From Sulfurospirillum sp. (lineage in GTDB: Bacteria; Campylobacterota; Campylobacteria; Campylobacterales; Sulfurospirillaceae): a DNA stretch of 64,000 bases. This document shows, piece by piece, positions 19,686 to 27,603 of this stretch; within the stretch, counting starts at the first letter, position 1; every line of letters starts with the position of its first letter. The stretch is from positions 64,001-128,000 of the forward strand of contig JASFYR010000010.1 in the NCBI GenBank assembly GCA_045047115.1, given 5' to 3'. A model generated the notes under the pieces. The model was not told where the DNA came from and made no database searches. It saw only the letters and a list, made by a program, of their open reading frames with translations. The position numbers were made by a program, and so were the translations under genes.

Positions 19686-21710
19686 GTGAATAAGTATTTG
19701 GTGATTGCTATTTCGCTAGCGGCGGCAGCACATATATGTGCTGCTCAAAGTGTAGATTTAGACAAGATTACTGTACAAAGCACGGTGATAAAGACAGAGG
19801 TAACAAATGTATCAGGAGAGGATTTAAAGTCGGCTGACTTGGCAGAGGCTTTGACAAAGACAGTTCCTAGTATAACGATTCAAAGAAGAAGCGGTATAGC
19901 AAATGATATAATCTTAAGAGGACAAAGAAAAGACGATATCAATGTTATCATTGATGGAGGAAAGATATATGGAGCCTGTCCAAACAGAATGGATCCGCCT
20001 ACTTCACATATAATCACAAATAATATAAAAGATGTTGAAGTCATAGAGGGACCTTATGATGTTGAGGATTTTGGAACACTTGGTGGTGCTGTTAAAGTTA
20101 CCACAAATCAACCCACAAAAGATCCGCACGGCAATGTAAATCTCAATATGGGAAGTTGGGGGTATAAAAAAGCTTCAGCATTTATAAGTGGGGGGAATGA
20201 TAATGTGAAAGTACTTGTCGGAGCCTCAACAGAACAAAGTGACCAATATAAAGATGGCTATGGACATACTTTGGCCGAACAGTTAAAAATTGCAACGGAT
20301 GGGACACCAAATGCTCCAAAACAATACAAACCATCAGAATTTAATAGGGAAGCCTATAAAAAAACATCTTTTATGGGAAAAGTTTATATCAATATAACTG
20401 ATAATCAAGAGTTAAGACTCGGATATACAGGTAATAGAAGCGACAATATCCTCTATCCTTCAACTCCTATGGATGCCATATCGGATGACTCTAATCTTTA
20501 TAATATCCAGTATATCGCTAAAAATCTCGGAAAATACTCAGATAGACTCAATTTTAAATACTACTACTCAACCGTAGATCATCCAATGACAACTCAATAT
20601 AGACTTATGAGTGGTGGGGCAGCAGGTACAGTAGCCAATGTAATGAGTTCAACCATATATGGAGCAAAGCTGAACAATGACTTTCATATAGATGATACAA
20701 AAATCACCTATGGTATAGAAGCGAGCAAAAGAAACTGGAATGGAACATACTATAAAGACTACACAACAAATCCAATAGTACTAAATGCAAGTATCCCTGA
20801 TGTAGATACTACAAATTTTGGTCTTTTTGCAAAAGTAAAAAAGAGTTACGGAAAGTTTGATGTCAATGGTGGTTTAAGATATGACCACACTAAGATAGCG
20901 GCTGGGAACAGTGATCCTGACAGTAATTTCAATGACTTAAGCGGATATCTCTTTACATACTACAATCTAAACAATAACTTCAAATACTTTATTGGTCTTG
21001 GAAAATCAATAAGAGTACCTGATGGCAAAGAGACTCACGATAGAGGTAAAGACTTAACCGGTGCTACTGATGGGCCTCTTATAGGAAATCCCTATCTAAA
21101 AGAGACAAAAAACTACGAGACAGATCTCGGTATTGAAGGCACATTTGACAACAGCACCTTTAAAGCAAAAGTTTTCTACTCAATTTTAAAAGATTTTATT
21201 GTTTACAATGCTACTGCTACTCAGTATCAAAATACAGATGCAAAGATATACGGTATAGAGTTTAGCGGATCATACTTTGCTACTGATGATCTCTATTTTG
21301 ATTATGGCATAGCTTATCAAAGAGGCAAAAAAGATAGTCCACTAGCAGGACAGACAGATACAAACTTGCCATCCATTCCACCTGTGAAAGCAAATATAGC
21401 CGTCAATTACGATGTTGATTCAACTCTAAGTTTAAAAGCTGAGGTTGTAGCATCTGGCAAATGGAGCAGATATGATTCCGACAATGGCGAACAAGAGATC
21501 AACAGCTGGAGTGTCCTGAATTTAAAAGTAAGCAAAGATTTTTACAAAGGATTTAATATCACTTTGGGAGTCGACAATCTATTTGATAAAGCTTATGCCG
21601 TATCAAATACCTATAAAGACCTAAATCTAGTAGCCGGATCAACAGGGGATGTTATGCTTCTAAATGAACCTGGTCGCTACTTATACGCAAACTTATCATA
21701 TAAATTTTAA
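19686..21710 (+). CDS. TonB-dependent copper receptor, OprC/NosA-like
   Basis: GACPNRMDPP (CxxxM) in the plug and VDHPM (HxM) in the barrel, the OprC copper-site motifs; terminal LSYKF. Confidence 0.8.
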   Translation: MNKYLVIAISLAAAAHICAAQSVDLDKITVQSTVIKTEVTNVSGEDLKSADLAEALTKTVPSITIQRRSGIANDIILRGQRKDDINVIIDGGKIYGACPNRMDPPTSHIITNNIKDVEVIEGPYDVEDFGTLGGAVKVTTNQPTKDPHGNVNLNMGSWGYKKASAFISGGNDNVKVLVGASTEQSDQYKDGYGHTLAEQLKIATDGTPNAPKQYKPSEFNREAYKKTSFMGKVYINITDNQELRLGYTGNRSDNILYPSTPMDAISDDSNLYNIQYIAKNLGKYSDRLNFKYYYSTVDHPMTTQYRLMSGGAAGTVANVMSSTIYGAKLNNDFHIDDTKITYGIEASKRNWNGTYYKDYTTNPIVLNASIPDVDTTNFGLFAKVKKSYGKFDVNGGLRYDHTKIAAGNSDPDSNFNDLSGYLFTYYNLNNNFKYFIGLGKSIRVPDGKETHDRGKDLTGATDGPLIGNPYLKETKNYETDLGIEGTFDNSTFKAKVFYSILKDFIVYNATATQYQNTDAKIYGIEFSGSYFATDDLYFDYGIAYQRGKKDSPLAGQTDTNLPSIPPVKANIAVNYDVDSTLSLKAEVVASGKWSRYDSDNGEQEINSWSVLNLKVSKDFYKGFNITLGVDNLFDKAYAVSNTYKDLNLVAGSTGDVMLLNEPGRYLYANLSYKF

Positions 21711-21714
21711 TCGC

Positions 21715-21744
21715 AAAGGCTGACATACTTTATTGCCAGCCTTT
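21715..21744 (+). terminator. Hairpin after receptor gene
   Basis: AAAGGCTGACA...TGCCAGCCTTT followed by a short T run. Confidence 0.6.
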
Positions 21745-21762
21745 TAATTAAGGACAGATAAA

Positions 21763-22185
21763 ATGGATTTACTCTTCTTAAAAGAGATGGTTGACTATGG
21801 AATAATAGGGTTTTTGGTTTTACTTAGCATCATATCTTTGACATTTTTTATAGAGAGATTAATTTTTTATAAAAAAATAGATACTACAAAATACAAAAAT
21901 CACAAAGTGCTCGAAAACAGACTTACAAAACACTTGACTATCATAGGTTCAATTGCCTCAAATGCACCATATATTGGTCTTTTAGGCACAGTAATGGCCA
22001 TCATGATAACATTTGCCACAATCGGAAACAGCGGACTTGATGCCGCAAAAATCATGAGCTCCATTGCATTGGCTCTGAAGACTACTGCTGTCGGTCTGGT
22101 CGTAGCTATATGTTCTATGTTTTTTTACAATATTCTAGCAAGGTTTACAGAAACTATATTGGCAAATTACGATGAAGAAATTTGA
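21763..22185 (+). CDS. exbB: TonB system energizer ExbB
   Basis: IASNAPYIGLLGTV and ALALKTTAVGLVVAI motifs. Confidence 0.93.
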   Translation: MDLLFLKEMVDYGIIGFLVLLSIISLTFFIERLIFYKKIDTTKYKNHKVLENRLTKHLTIIGSIASNAPYIGLLGTVMAIMITFATIGNSGLDAAKIMSSIALALKTTAVGLVVAICSMFFYNILARFTETILANYDEEI

Positions 22186-22540
22186 CTCTATCAATGTTGT
22201 TCCTTTTATAGACATAATGTTGGTGCTGCTGGCAATTGTTCTGACAACATCAACATTTGTAGCAAAAGGCATAATACCCCTCGAACTGCCACAAGGAAAT
22301 GCTAAAAAATTGGCTAAAAACAAAAGTATTACTATCAGCATAAAAAAAGATGGCAAAATATACCTTGATCAGCAAGAACTGACAAAAAAGGGACTCGAAA
22401 ATCGTCTTGAACTTATGAGCAAAAAATCAATTATACTCATCAGGTGTGATAAAAACTCAAAATTTCAATCTTTTGTTACCGTACTAGAAGAGTTAAAAAA
22501 TCTAAATTATGAAAATATCTCTATAGTTACAAAAAAATAA
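22172..22540 (+). CDS. exbD: TonB system protein ExbD
   Basis: INVVPFIDIMLVLLAI, LELP, IRCDK. Confidence 0.93.
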   Translation: MKKFDSINVVPFIDIMLVLLAIVLTTSTFVAKGIIPLELPQGNAKKLAKNKSITISIKKDGKIYLDQQELTKKGLENRLELMSKKSIILIRCDKNSKFQSFVTVLEELKNLNYENISIVTKK

Positions 22541-22542
22541 AA

Positions 22543-23232
22543 ATGCGTTGCTTTTTCTCTCTTTTTACTTCTATAATCATACATTCGTTCATATTTATAG
22601 GTTTGATTTTCTCATATCAAACTATAAAAATGCCACAAAAAAAAGAGAGGATAATATCCATAAAAACTATCAAATTTCAAAAACCTAAACCTAAGTCTAA
22701 ACCAAAACCAAAGCCTAAACCAAAGCCTAAACCAAAGCCTAAACCAAAGCCTAAACCAAAGCCTAAACCAAAAAGAATAATAAAAAAAATTATCCATAAA
22801 CCCAAGCAAATAAAAAAAGAATTAACTTCGGTAGAGCCAAAAAAAGTTTTTCCTAAAACTATAAAAAAAGATATTTCTAAAAAGACAGTAGAAAAAGTTG
22901 AGGATAATTTAACCAAATCAACTCCAACATATCAACCAAAAATTGATTTGAAAGCTAAATATTTAAAGTATAATTACAAAAAGATACTATCCTCCATCAA
23001 AGACTCAAAATTCTATCCGAGAAGAGCAAAAAAACTCCATATACAAGGAGCTGTAAAGATAAAATTTTTACTAAAAAAAGATGGCTCTGTAGTAATCGAA
23101 GAGTTAATTTCCAAAAAAAGGTTTCTCAAAAAGGCAACTAAAAAAATTATCGAGAAAGCAAGTATCTATTTTCCTAGACCACCGGAGGATTTAAGCATAA
23201 AAATAACTCTGGTATTTAAATTACAAGATTAG
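22543..23232 (+). CDS. tonB: Energy transducer TonB
   Basis: N-terminal TM with SxxxH, (KP)n linker, YPRRAKKLHIQGAV C-terminal domain. Confidence 0.92.
   Translation: MRCFFSLFTSIIIHSFIFIGLIFSYQTIKMPQKKERIISIKTIKFQKPKPKSKPKPKPKPKPKPKPKPKPKPKPKPKRIIKKIIHKPKQIKKELTSVEPKKVFPKTIKKDISKKTVEKVEDNLTKSTPTYQPKIDLKAKYLKYNYKKILSSIKDSKFYPRRAKKLHIQGAVKIKFLLKKDGSVVIEELISKKRFLKKATKKIIEKASIYFPRPPEDLSIKITLVFKLQD
22711..22770 (+). repeat. 12-bp tandem repeat (AAGCCTAAACCA x5) encoding the TonB KP linker
   Basis: Five exact copies read directly. Confidence 0.9.
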
Positions 23233-23281
23233 AAAACTTATCTGAGTTAGCTACCATTTTTATCAGATAAGCATCGACATT

Positions 23282-23866
23282 CTATTTTTTCTTTGGTATC
23301 ACTATCTTAAGTATTCCATCTTTATACTCTGTCTTTAGATTTCCGGTATCTGCATCGCTTGGCAAACTCAAACTCCTGATAAATGTACCCTCGTACATCT
23401 CTTTTTTTATAAAATTTGGATTCTTCTGATCTTTCAAGTTTTTAGTTCTTGCCTCAATAGTAAGCACTCCATTCTTGGTATTGATTTTGATATTGTTTTT
23501 TTCACTTCCGGGGATACTCGCACTCAACTCATATCTGTCTTTATAGCTTTTCATGTTTAAAGCAGGCGATATACTCATATCTTTATTAAAAAACTTCTTA
23601 AACTCAGGCATTGCAGCAAACTGGGAATTCATAGAGTTAAATATCTTTTGCATATTTTGCTCCATCTTTTGCATCTGCTCAAACGGATTTCCTGCAAAGA
23701 TTTTATCCAAATCATCATCTTTTACGAGTGGTTGATTTAGCTGCTTAACAGGTAAAATTTTTTGACTAACGCTTGGATTATTTGTCTTGTTAACATAGAT
23801 ATAATATCCCTGCAAGCCAATCACTACCATCAATAAAAAAACTATCAAATATTGTATATTTTTCAT
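23282..23866 (-). CDS. Hsp20/alpha-crystallin protein with N-terminal membrane anchor or signal
   Basis: Start reassigned to ATG 23866 (GGAGG RBS upstream). Hydrophobic N-terminus, EMYEGTFIRSLSLP...YKDGILKIVIPK. Confidence 0.85.
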   Translation of the reverse strand: MKNIQYLIVFLLMVVIGLQGYYIYVNKTNNPSVSQKILPVKQLNQPLVKDDDLDKIFAGNPFEQMQKMEQNMQKIFNSMNSQFAAMPEFKKFFNKDMSISPALNMKSYKDRYELSASIPGSEKNNIKINTKNGVLTIEARTKNLKDQKNPNFIKKEMYEGTFIRSLSLPSDADTGNLKTEYKDGILKIVIPKKK

Positions 23867-23911
23867 AATCCACCTCCTGTGAGGCTCCACATGTAGAGCC
23901 TCTTGTATCTT

Positions 23912-24337
23912 TTATTTTACAGCTATGCTTTTTGCCTTCTTGGCTTCAACTTTTTCAAGGGTTATATACAATCTTCCATCTTCAAACTTTGCATCAACTT
24001 TATCTCTGTCTATATCATCAGGTAGCGCAAAAACTCTCGAAATCTCACCAAAATAGCTACCCATCATGTAGTAATCTTCCTCTTTTACCTCCTTTTTCAT
24101 CTCTCTTACAGCACTAACTCTCAAAAAGTTATCTTCTACTTTTATATCTATATCATTTTTATCAACGCCGGGCAAATCCACCTCTATAGTAAAAGTATCA
24201 CTATTTTTTTTCGCTAAATTTGCGAAAGGAAGATGGCTTGCTACATTTGTAAAAATCTCTTTTGTCTTTTCCAGGCCACTCTCGATACTCTTTTCCAAAT
24301 TTTCACCAACTTTTTTTGTGCTTTTTACTATATCCAT
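23912..24337 (-). CDS. Hsp20/alpha-crystallin small heat-shock protein
   Basis: IEVDLPGVDKNDIDI...FALPDDIDRDKVDAKFEDGRLYITL, C-terminal IAV motif. Confidence 0.92.
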   Translation of the reverse strand: MDIVKSTKKVGENLEKSIESGLEKTKEIFTNVASHLPFANLAKKNSDTFTIEVDLPGVDKNDIDIKVEDNFLRVSAVREMKKEVKEEDYYMMGSYFGEISRVFALPDDIDRDKVDAKFEDGRLYITLEKVEAKKAKSIAVK

Positions 24338-24347
24338 AATATCCCCC

Positions 24348-24794
24348 TTACTTGATCTCTATCTTTTTAGGTTTTGTGTCTATGTTTTTTTGCTTAGGTA
24401 TTTTCACCTCCAAAACACCATTTTTGCTGTTTGCAACTATCTTGTCTGCATCTACATCTTTTGGCAAAGTGAAACTTCTTACAAATTTTCCATATCTGCT
24501 CTCTATCTTGTAGTAGTCACTCTCTTTCGTCTCATTTTTGACTTTTCTCTCTCCAGATATACTCAAAACATTGTCTTTCACATCTATAGATATATCACTT
24601 TTTTTTACCCCGGGAAGATCAACTTCGACATAGTAGGCATCATCTGCTTCCCTACTGTTTACGATGGGAGCAAAAGAGGATATACCTGCCTCATAACCCT
24701 GCTCTTCTAAGCCTTCCACAACATTGTTTAGATACTCAAAACCTCTTCTAAGTTCTCTTAATTCTCTAAACGGTTCAAATCTTGTAAGTAACAT
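24348..24794 (-). CDS. Hsp20/alpha-crystallin small heat-shock protein
   Basis: VEVDLPGVKK...ESRYGKFVRSFTLP...NGVLEVKIPK, C-terminal IEI motif. Confidence 0.95.
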   Translation of the reverse strand: MLLTRFEPFRELRELRRGFEYLNNVVEGLEEQGYEAGISSFAPIVNSREADDAYYVEVDLPGVKKSDISIDVKDNVLSISGERKVKNETKESDYYKIESRYGKFVRSFTLPKDVDADKIVANSKNGVLEVKIPKQKNIDTKPKKIEIK

Positions 24795-24818
24795 TGCGAA
24801 CTCCTTATATAATTTTAC

Positions 24819-24835
24819 TTAGTCTAATAGACTAA
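24819..24835. promoter_or_regulatory. HAIR-like (HspR-type) operator
   Basis: TTAGT-CTAATAG-ACTAA (N7) palindrome just downstream of the predicted hsp20 -10 (TGGTAAAAT, 24855-24847 on minus). Confidence 0.55.
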
Positions 24836-24869
24836 ACTTTGATGAAATTTTACCAATAAAGGGGAAGTT

Positions 24870-24895
24870 TTTTATGCTACTTTAGTAGCATAAAA
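24870..24895. promoter_or_regulatory. Palindrome TTTTATGCTAC-TTTA-GTAGCATAAAA: Crp-type site and/or terminator of the crp gene
   Basis: Perfect 11-bp arms centred 30.5 bp upstream of the hsp20 -10 hexamer; also lies just after the stop codon of the Crp/Fnr gene. Confidence 0.5.
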
Positions 24896-24901
24896 CAAAA
24901 A

Positions 24902-25573
24902 TTATGAAGAAATTTTTAGTTTTTTGAGTAGTTTTTTCATATCTTTTATGATTATATTTTTTCTTTTAGTCTCTATCGCACCTGAGTCTTTAAGCTCATT
25001 GATATGCCTATCCACCACATGTCTAACTGTGCCTATCAAACTGGCTATTTCGCTTCTTGAGAGATTTTGCAATAGTGTTTTTACCCCTTTTCTCGGAGGC
25101 GTTAAATTTTTAAGTATTAAGTGTATCAACCTGTCTGATGTATCATAAAGTGAAAGTTCTGTACTCAGCTCTTCCATTTTTCTCATTTGGTTTGCGATAT
25201 AAGGAAAAAATATACGATTAAATGCGGGATTTGTGTCTATCCACTCTCTTACTTTTTCTATGGGCAGCCTAAGAGCTTCTCCATCTTCTATAATCTCAGT
25301 TACTACTTCATGAATTTTGCCATCGAGCAGAGTGATGGTATCAAACATATCACCCAGAGAAAGCATAAAGATAGTCTGTTCTTTTGAGTTTTCAAGACTT
25401 ATCTGATAGACCTTAATGCGTCCACTTAAAAAAATATAAAAGTACTTTGTCGCATCATAACTACTGAAAATGTATTGATTTTTTTTAAATGAGATTAGTT
25501 TTGCATATCTGTTTATCTCATTTTTTAGTGTATCGTTAAGATTCTCAAACAGTTCTATCTTGTATTTTCTCAT
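24902..25573 (-). CDS. Crp/Fnr family transcriptional regulator
   Basis: cNMP-binding fold (SGRIKVY, GDMFD) and HTH SRSEIASLIGTVRHVVDR; no FNR Cys cluster. Confidence 0.92.
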   Translation of the reverse strand: MRKYKIELFENLNDTLKNEINRYAKLISFKKNQYIFSSYDATKYFYIFLSGRIKVYQISLENSKEQTIFMLSLGDMFDTITLLDGKIHEVVTEIIEDGEALRLPIEKVREWIDTNPAFNRIFFPYIANQMRKMEELSTELSLYDTSDRLIHLILKNLTPPRKGVKTLLQNLSRSEIASLIGTVRHVVDRHINELKDSGAIETKRKNIIIKDMKKLLKKLKISS

Positions 25574-25608
25574 AATAGTATTATAGCAAAACTATGGATT
25601 GCAAGGAC

Positions 25609-25629
25609 GGTCGAGGAGATCCCTCGACC
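25609..25629 (-). terminator. Hairpin after NosL-family gene
   Basis: GGTCGAGG-AGATC-CCTCGACC. Confidence 0.55.
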
Positions 25630-25647
25630 AATTTTTGAAGAATGTGT

Positions 25648-26337
25648 TTATCTACCCGACAGGTATAGTGCAACAGCTTGGAAAGGCTTGCCTTTTATCT
25701 TTCCACACAAATTGTGCTCTTTTATATATGTTTTAGCAACAGCAGGATTACTAAATCTCTTTTCTGTCATCTTGCACTTTTTATTGTATATCTTTCTGCC
25801 CATTTTTGCCATTTTTGCCTGCTTTTTCTTTATACCCATCATCTCTTTTTTAAGATTTTTCTTTACCATTTTTTCAAGTTTTGCATACTTCATAATCTTT
25901 CCGCCAAATTTTTTGGCAAAAGCCTGAGCTGCACTTTTTGTTCCAAAAGCATACTTACTCACCATAGACATCGTTCCTGGTTTTTTTGAACCTACGACAT
26001 AAAATGCTTTTGTTGCATTTATAAACTTCAAAGTTGTATTATCAACTACTTCGGGATCAACCGGATCACCACCGTTTTTAACCGCCTCTTCTACCATACA
26101 GTGTATAGAGCAGTATTGATGAACTTTTCCATTAACTTTTGCTGCGTGATTTGTTTTGTAAAACATAGGAAGTGTCATACCACAAACCTTACAGAACATT
26201 TTGCCTTTTCCTTTTTGTACAATCTGTGCTTTTTGCATTGGAACTGCTCTAAAGTTTTTCATTTTCATATTTTTTTGCATACCGCCTGCTGATAAAAACA
26301 TAGAAAATGCCACTAAAACAAATAAGAATTTTTTCAT
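25648..26337 (-). CDS. NosL family periplasmic protein, Met-rich, with C-terminal extension
   Basis: Signal peptide, CKVCGM, QYCSIHC, AFYVVGS..PGTMS..SKYAF, FGGKI. Confidence 0.85.
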   Translation of the reverse strand: MKKFLFVLVAFSMFLSAGGMQKNMKMKNFRAVPMQKAQIVQKGKGKMFCKVCGMTLPMFYKTNHAAKVNGKVHQYCSIHCMVEEAVKNGGDPVDPEVVDNTTLKFINATKAFYVVGSKKPGTMSMVSKYAFGTKSAAQAFAKKFGGKIMKYAKLEKMVKKNLKKEMMGIKKKQAKMAKMGRKIYNKKCKMTEKRFSNPAVAKTYIKEHNLCGKIKGKPFQAVALYLSGR

Positions 26338-26363
26338 TTTTACTCTCCTTGAAATTTTTCGTA

Positions 26364-26427
26364 ATTGTATTTAATATTTGTTAAATTTGTATTAATTAAC
26401 ACAAATTTAACAAATATTTGATAATAT
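26364..26427. promoter_or_regulatory. Divergent twin promoters on a 23-bp inverted repeat with TTAAYA-N5-TTAACA boxes
   Basis: Plus: TTAACACAAATTTAACAAATATT-TGA-TAATAT (26396-26427). Minus: TTAATACAAATTTAACAAATATT-AAA-TACAAT (26395-26364). Confidence 0.7.
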
Positions 26428-26433
26428 TTCGCC

Positions 26434-27561
26434 ATGAAAAAAATATTATTATTTACATTTATCATATTTCTGTCTCATCTGTTTGCTGACTTCTCAAAAG
26501 AAACTACTATAAAACCAGAACTATTTCAAGCTGGAAGTGAAAAAAAGTGGTGTCCAATCACCGGCTTAAAGATAGCTGATTTTTACAAAACTTCATACAT
26601 AGCAAAACTAAAATCAAACGGAAGATACAGACAATACAGCTCCATAAATGCGCTAGCCATTGACATGAAAGAGAGTGGCTTGGATGCAGACTCCATAAAA
26701 GCACTGGATACCCAAAAAGAAGAGTATATAAATGCCAAAAAAGCATATTTTTTGATAAACTCAACAATCACTCCTACATTTGGCAAAAGCGCCACTCTTG
26801 CTTTTAAAAACCAAAAAGATGCGTTAAAATATAAAAAAAAATATGGAGGAGATATTGTTGATTTTCAAAAAGCTCTACATGCAGCAACCTCTGGCATAAA
26901 AGAAAACATCTCTTATATGAGAAAAATATATGAGAAAAAACTATATATCATGGGAAAGAAAATATATGAGAAAAGATGCAAAAAGATTGATTTGAGTGAC
27001 TTTATAGAGATAAATGAATTAAAAGCAGAAGTCCTAAAAGACAAGTTCTGCGGAAACTTGGATGAAAGACATTTGCAAGCGCTCGCTCTTTACCTGTGGG
27101 ATGTTAAAAGAGAAGGTGGAATCAGTAACAAAACACAAAAAGTCACAGTCAATGAAGATGAAAAGTGCCCTGTTTGCGGTATGTTTGTCTACAAATACCC
27201 AAGATGGGCAGCTCAGATATTTTATAAGCACGGAAATCATCAACACCACCTCTCGTTTGATGGCGTAAAAGACATGATGAAGTTCTACTTCAACAATAAA
27301 AAATGGGGTAAATATGATTATGCTAAAAGAAAAAATATCACCAAAATACTTGTAACAGACTATTATAAGCAGTATGCCATAGACGCAAGAGGTGCTTTTT
27401 TTGTAATTGGAAGTAATATTTATGGTCCTATGGGGAATGAACTTGTGCCTTTTTCAACACTTCAAGAAGCTAAAAACTTTAAAAATGATCATAAAGGCAC
27501 AAAAATATTGAAATTCAGTGAAATAAAGGAGAGCTTACCTTACAAACTAGATACCAAGTAA
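26434..27561 (+). CDS. Tandem NosL-domain protein
   Basis: Degenerate first domain (CPITGL, YSSINAL, YGGDIV); canonical second domain (CPVCGMFV, FDGVKDM, GSNIYGPMGNELVPF). Confidence 0.85.
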   Translation: MKKILLFTFIIFLSHLFADFSKETTIKPELFQAGSEKKWCPITGLKIADFYKTSYIAKLKSNGRYRQYSSINALAIDMKESGLDADSIKALDTQKEEYINAKKAYFLINSTITPTFGKSATLAFKNQKDALKYKKKYGGDIVDFQKALHAATSGIKENISYMRKIYEKKLYIMGKKIYEKRCKKIDLSDFIEINELKAEVLKDKFCGNLDERHLQALALYLWDVKREGGISNKTQKVTVNEDEKCPVCGMFVYKYPRWAAQIFYKHGNHQHHLSFDGVKDMMKFYFNNKKWGKYDYAKRKNITKILVTDYYKQYAIDARGAFFVIGSNIYGPMGNELVPFSTLQEAKNFKNDHKGTKILKFSEIKESLPYKLDTK

Positions 27562-27603
27562 AAAGATTTGCTATAATGCTGATAATTTTTATAAAGGGAC
27601 GCT

